From NCBI RefSeq assembly GCF_009914755.1, contig NC_060926.1: a stretch of DNA of 64,000 bases. One strand, 5' to 3'. Shown here one piece after another: positions 17,943 to 32,930 of this stretch; within the stretch, counting starts at the first letter, position 1, and every line of letters begins with the position of its first letter. The position numbers were made by a program, and so were the translations under genes. The notes below the pieces were generated by a model. The model worked only from the letters and a program-made list of their open reading frames with translations. It was not told the DNA's origin and ran no database searches. This DNA is from the human T2T-CHM13v2.0 reference genome, Homo sapiens.

Positions 17943-18014
17943 TGGAGGCGACTGCTGAGAAACGTGGTACTGCTGGCCTCACTGTCTTCACATCCAGAAG
18001 TCTAAACTGCACTA

Positions 18015-18417
<403 letters not shown>

Positions 18418-18643
18418 TTAAAAAAAAAAGAAAGAACTCCATGAACTTTCAAGGCATTTTCTAGTTCTTGATGAATCACTGGATGATGTAGTTATAAATC
18501 ATGTTTTCTGATTATTCCCATAAACATAGCATAGGTTCATCATTAAGTTGCTAGTAAAATCATGACAAATACTACACAAATTTAATCAGAAAAGAAATTG
18601 GCCTCATGCTTGAAGATGTAAAAACAAATAGAAGAGTTGGAGT

Positions 18644-18668
18644 CACACACACAGACACACACACACAC
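18644..18668. repeat. (CA)n microsatellite
   Basis: Seen directly in the sequence. Confidence 0.85.
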
Positions 18669-18719
18669 GAAAGGATTTCCTCTATAGGTGGGGTAACTAA
18701 GCTGCCTTGTAGGGAAAAT

Positions 18720-18860
18720 TATACCCACTTTACAGATGGGTAAATTGAGGCTCAATAGAGTTAGGCAGTTTGACTAAGGTCACACAGTTAGTATAATAAA
18801 AGAAGCTGGGATCCAAATCCAAGCTTGTCTGAACTTAGCGTTGTTCTCACTGTGCCACAC
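18720..18860 (-). mobile_element. MIR
   Basis: CCCACTTTACAGATGGGTAAATTGAGGCTCA...AAGGTCACACAGTTAGT. Confidence 0.85.
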
Positions 18861-19861
18861 CATCCTTCCTGGCTCCTGAACCTGCGAAGATGCCCTGTTG
18901 CCTCTGCCTCTTACCTGCAGCTACACTCTGCCTTGGAGGTCTCACTCTTGGATGGTCTGGAGCTACATTAAACAGTCAGAGGCTGATGTAGCCAGTTGTT
19001 TCTTCAGAAATGCAGTGATTTTCATGACTAGGGGCTAGCCAGGAGCAGGGAAATAAACCATCTTAAGACTGCTCAGAGGTACAAATTTTTGACTGGTATA
19101 TCTCATAAGAAACAGCTTTTCTCAGTAGGGTGCTGTATAATAGTAGGTGTACTCAGTAGGATAATACATAACACATAACATATGTGTAGGCAATCTTCTC
19201 ATTTTAGTTTCACTTCAACATAGCACCAAAATTCCTGGTTTATTTATTTTATATCTATATCCAAATCTATGTATGTATGTAAGCATGTGTTCATTCATCC
19301 TTCCATCCATGCATCTACTCATATATCATCTACCTATCAATCGATCGATTGGTTGATTTATGTATATCATCTATCTGTCATTGCTACCTGATGGGCTATA
19401 TGCAGAGCAAGGGCATGTGGGCAGCATTGTCAGGAGAGAGGGGATAAGCCCGTTGTCATTGCCAACTGCCCCTTCCCTGCAGGTGTGTGTTACACTCCTC
19501 TTCTCTTTGCCCTGGCATTGTATGACCTGAGTTCAGCCTTGACTGGACTGAAAGTGCTCAAAGACCTGGCTTTTCCACTCAACACTGAAGTGCTTGGGCC
19601 TTACTTCCATGTCCACATGAACCACAAGGGAATGGAAAATGTATTCTAAAACACTATTGAGCTTTAAAATTACTTATTCAAAGAGCTGCTACAGTAACTC
19701 TGGCCTCTGATGACTATGGAAGAAGCCCAAATAGATCCTCAGTTCCAAAGAAATCCAACCTAGCATGTCAAGGCCAGACTCCTCTTACTGGATTTCAAGG
19801 CCTTGAGTCTTATGGTCTCAGCCTTCCTGTCCAGCCTGATTTCCCAGCATTTCTGGACAAT

Positions 19862-20910
19862 CTCGTTCATTCAATAAGCATGCGTTGTACCTACACAGTA
19901 GCCTCGGTAGGTACGTCCCTCCCTAGAAGTTTATGGACCAATGTAGTTTTCAGAGCTTCCCTCATTAGAAAGATCAGCCACACACAACATCTCGTACCCA
20001 ACTGAAGGGTGAGTAGTGATACTCAGAAGCCTCCCCTTAGACTCTCAGAGGAAGAGAGAGAATGCCTGCTATGTACATGACAAGTGCCTCACTAGACAAT
20101 ATGAAAGTCCTAAAAGATCTCAGAAAATGGAGCAACTGGTGCTGCCATGGGGCCCAGCCCTCACCAGGAGAATTGCTTTTGAGTTGGGTTCTAAGAGATA
20201 GAAATGGGTATGCCAGAGAGCGGGAGAGGGGCTTGCAGATGAGGAAAGAGTGGGAGTCCAGGCGTGAACATGTGGTCATTCTCTGCTTGGCAGGGTCAGG
20301 TAGTCCCGGGGGCTGGAATGTGGGTGTTCATGGGAAGGGGTGTGAGGAGGTAAGACCCATGGGTCCCATTTCTGTGGGGCCTTTGTCTCCTTCAGGTCTA
20401 AGGGTGTGGGCTTTGTTCTGCATGTGTCAGGGAATCTAGACATTTCTAGTGTGGAGATGCGCCATGAAAAAGTGTGTTTTGAAAGACATTTTGGACATTG
20501 GTTTGAAGACAGATTAAGAGAATAAATTTTGTCAGCAATTAAAATGGGAAGAAAAGGGCTGAAGTCACAACATGTGATGCATGTAAAGTTGGGAGAACCG
20601 TGAGACATTTCTGAAGATACAGTGAATGGGGTTCTTGATGGCTTGGATGGATGAAGCAGCTGAGGAGTGACCGAGCACCATGAGATGTTTTAGGTTGAGG
20701 GACAGTGGAACACAAAGCCACTGGAGAGAGGGGGATGAAGAGGAGGCATTTGGGAATGTGTGGCCAGGTGGTTTTGTCCAGTATGGGTTGAGTTTAAGGT
20801 ATATGTGGGATGTTCACATAGAGATGTCATTGGCAGTTGGATGTGCATGGAACAGAAGGAATAGACAGGAGACAGTTGTGGAGATCATCAAAGCAAGAGT
20901 GGAGTGGAAG
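19862..20910 (-). mobile_element. L2 fragments (discontinuous)
   Basis: TTCATTCAATAAGCATG start. Also GTTGAGTTTAAGGTATATGTGGGATGTTCACATAGAGATGTC...GGCAGTTGGAT. Confidence 0.6.
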
Positions 20911-22422
20911 CCCTAGGAATACAAACCTCCGTTTCCAAACGCCCTTTCCTGTGAATGTCTCACTGCTGCCCTCACCTCATGCAGGTACTCCCCTCCCCTT
21001 GGTGGACCCCTCACCCTCTAGGGTGCTAGTGCTTCCCCCAGAGCTGCCCCGGGGCTGTGAGGCTTGCTTCCAGCCTCCACCCACCCAGGCACCTCCCTGG
21101 GCTCCCATCTGTGGCCACGGCCCCCAATTTTACCCAATGTTAATGCTGATACGTGAGGCCATGGTGGCTCTGGGTGTCCCTCCCTACCCTCTTCCAAAGC
21201 ATAACGACTCAGAGCCAGGCTTAAAGTCAGAGCCTGACTTCTCCTCTTGCATCCCGTTTTACAATTTACAAGTTGGCGGACTCTGGGCTGATTATGCAGT
21301 CTTTTCCACTGGCAGTTTCCTATTCGGCAAAATGGGCTGTGGTGTGAACTAAGTGAAACATTGCATCCAACGTGAGTAAATGGCAAGCCGTCTGTCCATA
21401 TTAGCTTTTCTTTTTATTTTCTCCAACTTAGACATTAGCATCTCTAGGGTTAAAAAAGACATGTCTCAAAGTCTCATGGTGTCTTTTACATTCAAATGTT
21501 TTGCTATGCTGCTCTTAAAAACAGTGAACATGTTTACTGAGTGCTTTCTATGCACTGGAGTCTGAATCGGGGATCTGAGGATACCCAGGAAGTCACATGA
21601 GGCATTGTCTCCTCCTTGAGAAGCATTCACTGCCACTGGGGATCTAGGATATGTTGACCTAAAACTGCAACGACATAACAACTAACAGCTAAAATACCTG
21701 TACCAGACCTGGGGTAAAGTGGCTTGTCATCAGGGCTGTGTATGTGACTTGTTTTCCTCGGGGGAGGGGAAGGTGGTGTTATTCTACCCATTGTCTGTTG
21801 TGATGGGCGCAGCACAGGGCTGGCTGTGGCAATCTCTCATCTCCAGGTTACCACTTGTTGCCAGCTCTGGGACAGCTGGAGGGTGCATAAGGACTTGAGA
21901 TTGATTTCAAGGATGTTAGAGGTGGTGTGCTGGGAGAAGTCTTCCTTTGCATTCTTAAACCCTTTCAAGTCTTAGTTACATGTAAATAAAACTTGTCGTT
22001 TTAGACCTGCCCTGAGAGCCGCAGGTGGTCTCCAGGGATTCTGTTGCTTGTTCAGGGTCCAGCAAGACCCAAGCAGGCCAGGCGCTGAAGGGTGGCGGGT
22101 CAGAGGAAATGATGGGAGCGCAGGGAGCCAGGATGCTTGGGATTTATGAGAGCATTTGCTGCTCTGTACCCAGGGGTTATTAAAGTTGTGAGTCTAGTCA
22201 GCATCAGTACATTTTATTTAGAGGAGTCTGTATTTTTTTTCCAGATACATTAGTGTAATTACATCTTCACAAAAGCGGAGCTCACTTAAGAGAAGTAGCA
22301 GCCCATGCTGTAAAGAAGGGAGTTATTCTGATACTCAAGCTCTGTGTTATCTTGAACTGAACAAAAAAGAAATCAATACAATTTGTGCTTAGGCTTGTCG
22401 GAGGGGGGGGGGGGGTTCTCCT

Positions 22423-22436
22423 GTTGCCATGGCGAC
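22423..22436. promoter_or_regulatory. RFX X-box (GTTGCCATGGCGAC)
   Basis: 13/14 match to the palindromic consensus GTTGCCATGGCAAC. It lies in non-repeat DNA with retained CpGs, right after a G13 run. Confidence 0.55.
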
Positions 22437-22887
22437 ACGTTAAGCTATCGATTCATCCAGAGCGATTCCAAACTTGGAAGGGGCCTTGGTAAAGGTAGGA
22501 ATAGTTTGTTCAGCAGAAATTAAACAGACCCCAGGACGTGGCCGACTCTGAGCATGGAATACGTTCTCTGTGCACACAGCATCCCCAGGCTAATGTTATT
22601 TGAGCCGTCCCTCAGACAGTCCAGTGGACGACCTGGGGCAAGTGCTGTTTCTGCTGTCAGATCAAGGGGAGCCTGTGACAGCCTGGGTCCTGTCAAGTCA
22701 AGGTGCAGGATACAGCTTGGGGTTGGCTTCCAAAAAGAGTCAGTGAGAGATGAGAGGTAAATACAGGAGCATAGTCACAGTCACAATGAGTTAGGAAGAT
22801 GACAAGCAGCTGCTGTATCTCATTCTCAGCTTGCAGCCATCAGCTCACAGCAGATCATTCAACAAAAGCAAAAGATTTTCACAGGGA

Positions 22888-23824
22888 TTTTTTTCATTTT
22901 TTTCTTTTATTTTTAGTTTTCATGTACCAATTGTACATATCTATGGGGTACAGAGTGATATTTCAATACATGTACACAATGTATCATGATCAAATCGGTA
23001 ATTAGCATATCTGTCACCTCAAATATTTATCATTTCTTCATATTGGGAACATTCAGAGTCTTCTCTCCTAGGTTTTTGAATATATACAATAAATCTTTGT
23101 TAACTATAGTCACACTACAGTATTATATAGAACACTAGGACTTATTCCTCCTATTTAGCTGTAATTTTGTATCCAGCAACCAACTTCTCCCTACCCTCCT
23201 CTCCCCTTCCCTTCCCCACATCTAATAACCATAATTTCACTCTTTATTTCTATCAGATCAACTTTTTTCCAGCTCCTTCATATGAGTGAGAACGTGCGGT
23301 GTTTATCTCTCTGAATCTGATTTATTTCATTTCACATAATGTCCTCCATGTTCATCCATGTTGCCAAGAATGACAGGATTTCATTCTTTTTTATGGCTGA
23401 ATAGTATTCCATTGTGTGTATGTACCGTATTTTCTGTATCCATTCATCTGCTGATGGACATCTAGGTTGATTCCATATCTTGGCTATTGTGAATAGTGCT
23501 GCAGTAAACAGGAGGTTGCAGATATCTCTTCAACATACTGATTTTCTTTCCTTTGAGTAAATTTTCAATAGCAGGATTGCTGGATCATATGGTAGTTCTA
23601 TTTTTAGTTTTTAGAGAAACCTTCATACTGTTTTCTATAATAACTGTACTAGTTTACATTCCCACCAATAGGGTATAAGCATTTTTTTCTGCACTCCCCC
23701 ATAAGCATTTGTTATTTTTTGTCTTTTTGATAATAACTATTCTAATGGGGGTGAGATAACATTGCATTCTGTTATTGACTTGCATTTCCATGATTACTAG
23801 TGATGGTGAGCATTTTTTCATGTA
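22888..23824 (-). mobile_element. L1MA (about MA4-MA5) 3' end
   Basis: TGTACATATCTATGGGGTACAGAGTGATATTTCAATAC and GGCTGAATAGTATTCCATTGTG. Confidence 0.88.
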
Positions 23825-24428
23825 ATTGAAAAATGAGACATGAGCAAATATATAAAGCCCAGGATTTCTGACTGGTGCATAGAAAATCTGAGATGCGTTC
23901 TGCCGGTTATATCTGAGGTCTATGCTCTGAGCATGCCTTCCTGGCCTTAGGATATTCTCAAAAGTATTTTGTTCGGGCTTATCTTTGCTTTCTAGTTTTG
24001 TACAAGATGGAGTGTAATCTTTTCTTGCTTCCCTATTGATACCATTACATTATTTTTTATGATGATTTCCATTTTTAAACTCCAAGAATGCCGCACACAG
24101 ACAAAACAAAATGGGCCCAACCCTTTATTAACTACAAAACAGTAGAAAAGAAAACAGATCTGGTCTTTGGTTTACAATCAAAAGGTAGACTCTAGTTTTC
24201 TTCTGGTTAGAGCTGGTCAATACACTTAGGAGAATGCATTTTAAAAATAGCAATTAAATGGCTATTTTTTGATGAATTATTTTGAAATAAGTACTTTATT
24301 TCCTTGTTTTGGACACTGTAAAAAGTAAGAGTGTCTGAAAAGCCCTCAATTGTTCATATTTTCAAAAATATTTGAAGGCACTTGAATTCAAAAAGATTTG
24401 AGCATGCACACGTTCATCTGAGTCTGCA

Positions 24429-24431
<3 letters not shown>

Positions 24432-24466
<35 letters not shown>
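24432..24466. repeat. (GT)n microsatellite
   Basis: About 17 perfect units. Confidence 0.95.
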
Positions 24467-24470
<4 letters not shown>

Positions 24471-25400
24471 TTGCGTGTCACAAAGAATGAGAATACAAGA
24501 GCCCAGAAGAAAGGAAAGCCAAGGGCTTGCTTCATAGTTATTTTTCTTAGAAGAGGATGGCGGTGCTGATTTCACTATTGGCAAGTAGTTGTCAAAATGG
24601 CATGGCTTCAGAAGTGGGGCCATTGCTCTCAAAAGTACCTTTCCTCAGGTTTTCTAACATCTGTAACTCTTATCTCAAGCATTTTAGACAGCCTTAAAGA
24701 TACTTCTTTGAGTTCATGTAATATTAGAAGTCATAGAAAATTACATAGTTTGTATGGTGACTACGTGGCTGATATCAATTATTTTAAAAGGAGATATGCT
24801 GGTGCAGGAAAACACCCTTTTACAACTCAACATGCTCTGGGCTGGCTTCCCCGTGGGGCTCTCAGGGACGGGACAGGATGATGGAGACAGGACTCGTCTA
24901 ATACCCTAGAATAAAACTCTGTGTACCTACCTGATGATCACAGTTTTGTAATTCTACCTTGCTCTTTTAAATTGGCTGCAATTCTGTGGATGTTTCAGAC
25001 CTGAAACTTGTTGTAGGTGTTTGTTATCACTAAGTAATGAGAACCCAATCATAGATTATTCTGTAGCTAGCAACTTCTCTGTTCAGACCACCCGCTTCAG
25101 ACATTTCTCCCCAGTCACTATTCCACTTGCAGCTTCCGGGAGGAAGTTTGAGCGGGGTCACCTTGAAGCCAGAAGATGTAGCTCTCCTCTTAGGCTTCAG
25201 GGCAGGTTACAAACTGGTGTCCAGGAGAGCTTCTGCTTTTGTGTTATTTTGCCTGCTCACTGGCCTCCAGTGTGTTGAATTTGAGTTCACATTATTTCAC
25301 GATGATTGCACAAAATTCCTGCAGATATAAGGAACCACACAATTCTTAATTCAATACTGCATTCAATACTGTCCATTTCATGTCACCCCAGTAGACACAT

Positions 25401-25558
25401 AAGCGGAAGTGAATAAGAGGCCGTGCGTACTTCTCTGTGGTCCAGGACAACAAGGCAAAATAATAAATGCAAATAAATTACCCTGTGGCTGAGGATCATC
25501 GGTGTTCACTGGCAGCTGCTGGCAAATGGAATTCCGGCAGTTGCAGAGCTTCCTGGAA
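25401..25558. promoter_or_regulatory. Candidate enhancer motif cluster (ETS/PU.1, octamer, E-box, STAT/BCL6)
   Basis: AAGCGGAAGTG 25401-25411, ATGCAAAT 25467-25474, CAGCTG 25513-25518 and TTCCTGGAA 25550-25558, all in repeat-free DNA. Confidence 0.35.
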
Positions 25559-26379
25559 ATGGGCATCATTGGCATCACTGAGGCCGCATGCTCCACAGAG
25601 GAAAATGCAATACTTTAGTGCGTACTCCCTTTTAAATAAATGTAAATGGAGCCTGTAATATTAATGTAACTGTTGTGGCCAAGGAATTGCTAGTTGATGA
25701 GCAAAATGCAGACAGCTATTCTTTATTTTTATTCATGAGAATAAATAAAAATCACTCTTTGAAGCCAAGTGGCTAACACAGTCTGGTTGCTAAAAGTAGA
25801 ATGTTTTCTACCGTAGATCCAACAGTCTACTTCCTGGAAGTAAATATTTTATATTTGGTTTCTGTTTTTTTTTTTTTTTAATTCTGCCCCCACACTTATG
25901 AGTAGCTACACACTTCTTTAAACTTCACATGGCAAGCAGACACATAAAATGTCCAGATCAGAATGTCTTGCCATGAACTGCACACAGCATGAACGGGGCA
26001 GATGCGCATTCTGTGCACCGGGAGTCACAGAGGGCGTAAGGAAAGGGTCTGAGGAGTATGTCGGAAGAAGCCTCGGAGAGAGGAATCTGAAGGTCCACGT
26101 GGGATGCAAAAAATAGATTCTCATTACCTGAAGAGGGTCTATTTCACATTGTTTTGTTTTCTTCTCTGCATGCATTTGATTGTGTCTGGGTTCCTGTGGG
26201 ACGTTATGCTTCTTCTTATCGTAGCGAAACACTGGAAGGAGATTCATTCTCTCCAGGCAAAGTAATCATCGTTACTCTCATTTTCTCTTGGTAGCACTGG
26301 CTTTACAGTTTTCAAAGGCTTTTCCCAAACATGACGTCACTTGAATTTCACTATTTTAAGAGGTGATAGAATGAGTAAA

Positions 26380-26850
26380 TTTATCATTGTTTTAGTGACC
26401 AAGGGGCTGGAGCTCAGAGAGTTTACACAGATTTGCCCACCGTAATGCAGGTTAATACGTGGCGGATCCAGAAGCAGAACCCCAGAGTTCTGCTTCCCAG
26501 CCCCTTCACATCTTTGCTGCTGTATTACGCTGCTCCAAATATAAATGAAAATAGCAAGTTTTGGTCTACTTTGTATTGGTGTCAGTAGAATTTTGCATGT
26601 CTTGTAGGCAGTATTTATATCAAGGAGTGTATTGCATCAGAGTGAGAAACATAGAATTTGGAGTTGGATAGACCAGGTTGAAATCCTAGTGCATTGTGGT
26701 TCTGTGATTCTATTTTGGAGAAATGTCCTACCTTCCTTGAGACCCATTTCATAATCTGTAAGATGTGACTACTTACACCTTCTTCCTAGGGTTGTGGTGG
26801 GTACTCAGCCCTGCGCTTGGGACAGAGTAAATGCTCATTGTATAGTCAAA
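26380..26850. mobile_element. Two MIR fragments in opposite orientation (~26380-26530 minus, ~26620-26850 plus)
   Basis: GGAGCTCAGAGAG...TTTGCCCA and CCCATTTCATAATCTGTAAGATG. Confidence 0.6.
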
Positions 26851-29451
26851 TGTGTCTTTGAGCCTGAACCTTGGACTCTGGCCTTCCTGAGAGTATCTGG
26901 TCTGTTCACAGGGCTAGTGCCACCAGGCACCTGTATGAGTTATTTGTTCACAGTAGAGGAAATGCCTGTGGGCACCTAGGGGAAGAGTCAAGGAAGGAAA
27001 GGACGGCAGAGGCTGTCGAGGGCTTGGCCCATTCATGTTTAACTGTGGAGAGAAGTTTCATCATAAGAAGGGGAGATGCCAGCTCTCTCAGGAAGTCTAG
27101 AAAGGGAGGACGTGAGCCATGTGGCCTTGGGGCCTGCGGCAAAGGGCATAACGAGCCAGGCTAGAGGGACCCTCTCCTCAATTCTGGGCAGAAACTTTCT
27201 CTGTTTTTGTGCAATGTGGGATAAACCGTTTGCCACTGGTCTTTGGCCCTGAGCCTATAGCGTCGGAAACAGTGAGAAAGACCCCTCGGCACGGATATCT
27301 GGGTTCCCCTGGATGTCCCTGGAGCAGAAATCGGGGGTGGAGGTGAACTTCTTACAAGTGGCTTTGTGGAGGGCTGGAGTGCAGAATCTGAGAAGGCTGC
27401 TTGTCATAACTTTGAAACACCAGCTCCTGGAAGAACCCACATAGTTGGTGAGAATTTTGGGGGCTGGCGGAAAGGGTAAGAATTGTTGAGAGGATTTGTA
27501 TTTTGCAGGTGGGTGCACAAGCCACTGTAAACTGAGTGATTCATGTTAATGTGACCCTGTGAGCACCTGCTGCCTGCGGGGGACTCAGGGGATTGTTGTT
27601 ATCTGAATGTCCATGAGCATGGATCCCTGGTTTGCAATCTCGAAGCATTGGATTCATTTAGGCACCATAGTTAGAAGAGGAAGGGAGCTCATCCTCTGGG
27701 GAAGGCGAGGATATGGATGAGTGAAAATAGCAAATCCTATCAGGCCAAGGCCACTGCATTGAGGGGTGAATGGAGCACAGCGGAGGGAAGGGAGACTGGC
27801 CTTGGGGAGTCCAGGCAGCTGCAGGGCCTTGGGGAGCAGCCCCCGTGACCATGAGAGAGAAGTGGAGTGTGTGTGCCAAGCCAGCAACCCTGAGGCGGCC
27901 AGTGCTGGAGGTATCCAGCTGCTTTAGTGTGGAGCCTCAGGTCAATGGGAGTCATGACAGAAAGAAGCAGAAGTCTGTTTTGCACTAAAACCTCTCACAT
28001 CTGGGTGTCCCTGTCCCCATCCTGGGCATTGAACCAGCTTTGCCTGAAGAGTTGTACCAACACAGGTGGACACTATAATGTTGATCCAAGTATCTTCACT
28101 CTTTCTGCATTGAGGGCTGATTCTCTGAAGGTCAGATTCTTGACAAATTAAGTTGTTCATGTCTCAGACGGAAGGCACAGAGCTTGGTTCTACTGTTTAA
28201 GTTACAGTTCAACAAACACAAAGAAAACAATTAGCATGTTTTTATTTACCTCCAACAGAAATCTCTGGTGTGATTCCTTGTGGCTAACTCTTAATTTCTC
28301 CCTTCTAAATGTTGCCCTAATTAAACCTTTCTCCAGAACTTTTGTACTTTTCAATGAAATTAGAATGAATGAATAAAAATGCAGATTCTAATTAGCGCTT
28401 CCTGCATATTAAAGAAATTACTCTTCCCCTTACTTAAAGAAGTGTTACTGGGAAGTAATAGATGATCTTTGAAATGCAATTTTTCTTTTCAGATAGTGGT
28501 GATAATTCTTAGCAAGGACAGTGCTGCTGCTGACAGCCATGCCCACCAGCCAGCATACTCTGCAACAGTCCGAGTGACAGACGGGCCGCTCAGAGTAGTA
28601 GCTCTATTTACTGAGGAAAGAAAAAAAAAATCTTGCAATAAACATTTTTTATAGGAAGCTATGCATGAATGCATTTGTTAAATTGTTTTAAATAACTCCA
28701 ATGCCTAATAAAAATAGGATTTGAAGGACAGCTAAAGTTTCATTTTAAGATATGGCAACATCTGCATCTGCTGAATGATTTATATCTGTGACATTAACTA
28801 AGCATTATAGGAAAAAAACACTGTTTGACCTCAGGCAAGCTGGTGTGAGACATGAGCTTGTTCCAGGTTGAAATTTTCCTCTTAAATTTTTTATGAAATT
28901 CTCTCAGCAGGGTCACTGTTGGGTTCTGAAAAGATTTTTAACCTTAGGATTGCTACAGCTCAGCCATCAGAAAACCATTTATTTCATTAGCACTCCCTCC
29001 CTTTCATTTTAATGCCACGTAATAGGATAGAATAGGTTTAAGGCCCATCAACTGTAAAATTATCATTTTTCACCGAAGCAACATTATATTAAACACTTAA
29101 TTATTCATTACTAATGCTTGTCATGGTGAAATATTGGCCTCGCTAATTTTGAAAGCACCAGGCCCAGCTTTTCTTCCTCGAAGGTTAATGCTGAGCCCCC
29201 ATTTCATCAGATTTCCTAAATGGAGCACACCTCACGTGTCATGGTGTGGCTTTTTCGAACCCCAACCCTTTTAGCAAGTAAAGTCCCTGCTGTTCAGAAT
29301 GTTCCATCTATTGGGATGAGAAGCTAGCTTTAATGGTTGTGGTGGAGAGAGCAGAATTTGGGGTGGCACAGTTTTGTGAAATGCTATCAACTGAACGATT
29401 TTATCAGGGATATATTTTTAAAGGTAACACACCTCTTGATTTAAATACATT

Positions 29452-29586
29452 ATTTACTTTTTTATTTTAAAAATTTGTATAAATGTAAGGGGTACAAGGA
29501 CCGTCTTGTTACATGGAGATATTGTGTAGTGGTGAAGTCTGGGCTTTTAATGGAACCATCACCCAAATAATGTACATTGTGCCCCA
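29452..29586 (-). mobile_element. Short L1PB/L1MA 3'-end fragment
   Basis: GGGGTACAAG...TTGTTACATGG...GTGGTGAAGTCTGGGCTTTTA...CCATCACCCAAATAATGTACATTGT. Confidence 0.8.
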
Positions 29587-30496
29587 AATTAGGTACTTTC
29601 ATGCAAACCAGATGACTGACTTAGAATTATGGCAGTGAAACGAGTCTGCATTCCTACAGCAGGGTTTGCCTGCCTGCATCTGGCCACGGTATTCAAGATT
29701 TCCATATTAGTCTTGCATATTCTACAACCCAGGACCCCTGCTGTGGAACATCTGTGCCGTGCAGGTTTATGGATGGTTAGAAAAAAAAAAACAACAAAAC
29801 CCTCCCTGGCATCTGACTCTACATCGGGTATCGCCTTCTGAAGGCTCCATATGATATTAATTCTGTTAACAGAGAAAAGGCTTATTCATCAATCTTCCAG
29901 GCAATCTCTGGAAGATGTTATTCGGGCTGGAAACCATGCTCTCACCCCACGTGGTGCATGGGCTCCACCTGAGCGTACACAATGGCTCTTCTACGCCAGG
30001 GAAGATGAGGAAAAAGACCTTGATCTGCCACTGAAATTAAGGGGAAGGTCACTATCCCAGGAGGATACCAACAGCCACTTTGCCATTCAGCACGACTCCT
30101 GTCCTCCTGGTCCCCATTGGCCCAGGCTTGCATTCTTGAATTTTCTCAAGCAAGTCTCTGTCGCTGTTGACATCTTCCCACAAGCCTCCCTTCCACGTCC
30201 CTTACATCTCCATCTGAAAAACTCATTACCGGGATCAGAACCAGTAATACGATTTTTGAAAAGTTCTTTGGATTCCAAAATTATCAGCAGGAAAACCCTA
30301 AAACCTAAATAAAAGAAAAAAAAAAAAAGTAAAGATATACATTTGAATTATTTTAGGGAGTATTTTTCCAATTTCTGTTTAACTTAGGTTGCTTTTATTT
30401 AAGCCATAAATAATACTGATTTTGATGACTGTAGTTGGATTATCCTGAGGTTCTTCTTTTCAGATGTCTTGCTGGATTGTGGCTTCTCTACTTGGT

Positions 30497-30838
30497 AGTG
30501 TGGGCTGAATTGTACCTCCCCCAAAATTTATGAGATCCCCCTGGATCTCAGAATGTGTCCATATTTGGAGATAGCGCCTTTAAATGGGCAATTACCTTGA
30601 AATGAGTTCATTAGGGTCACCAGTGTCCTTTAAGAAGAAGAAATTAGGGCACAGATTGGCACATAGGGAAGCACATGTGAAGACGCAGGGCGGCAATTGC
30701 ATCCTCAAGCCGAAGAGCAATGTCCAGAACAGATCCTCCCTCACGGAAAACCAAACCTGTTGACACCTTGATCTCGACTTCCATCTTCCAGAACCGTGAG
30801 ACAGTAGGTTTCTGTTGTTCAAGCTGTCCAATCTGGGA
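30497..30838 (+). mobile_element. MLT1B-type MaLR LTR (3' end missing)
   Basis: TGGGCTGAATTGT...CTCAGAATGTG...CACCTTGATCTCGACTTCCA...GTTTCTGTTGTTCAAGC. Confidence 0.85.
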
Positions 30839-30959
30839 CCCTTAACTCATCCACTCTGCCACCCCTTGTTATCTAATATCTTCTATTCTTTTCCTTTTAT
30901 AAAAAAATCAAATGCATACTTGATTAATTTTGACATACGCACACATACACACACATACA

Positions 30960-31112
30960 GAGGTTAAACTCTACTGATAAAGGTTAAACTATACCAAGGT
31001 TAAAGTTTACCTCTAAACTTTACGGGTTAAACTATACTGATCACATAAATGGGCACACACATTTATGTATCACATTTATACACATTTATGTGATAAATAT
31101 AGTTTAACCTCT
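30960..31112. repeat. Complex direct and inverted micro-repeat cluster (GGTTAAACTATA / CACATTTATG)
   Basis: GGTTAAA(CTATA) occurs four times forward and once inverted. CACATTTAT occurs three times, plus the inverted CATAAATG. Confidence 0.85.
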
Positions 31113-31114
31113 AA

Positions 31115-32930
<1,816 letters not shown>

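Noticed and set aside
20837-21386. 171-aa and 122-aa ORFs (also 29851-30312, 35616-36095, 45097-45561)
   Set aside because: They overlap L2/MIR/MLT fragments or lack any recognisable homology or exon structure.
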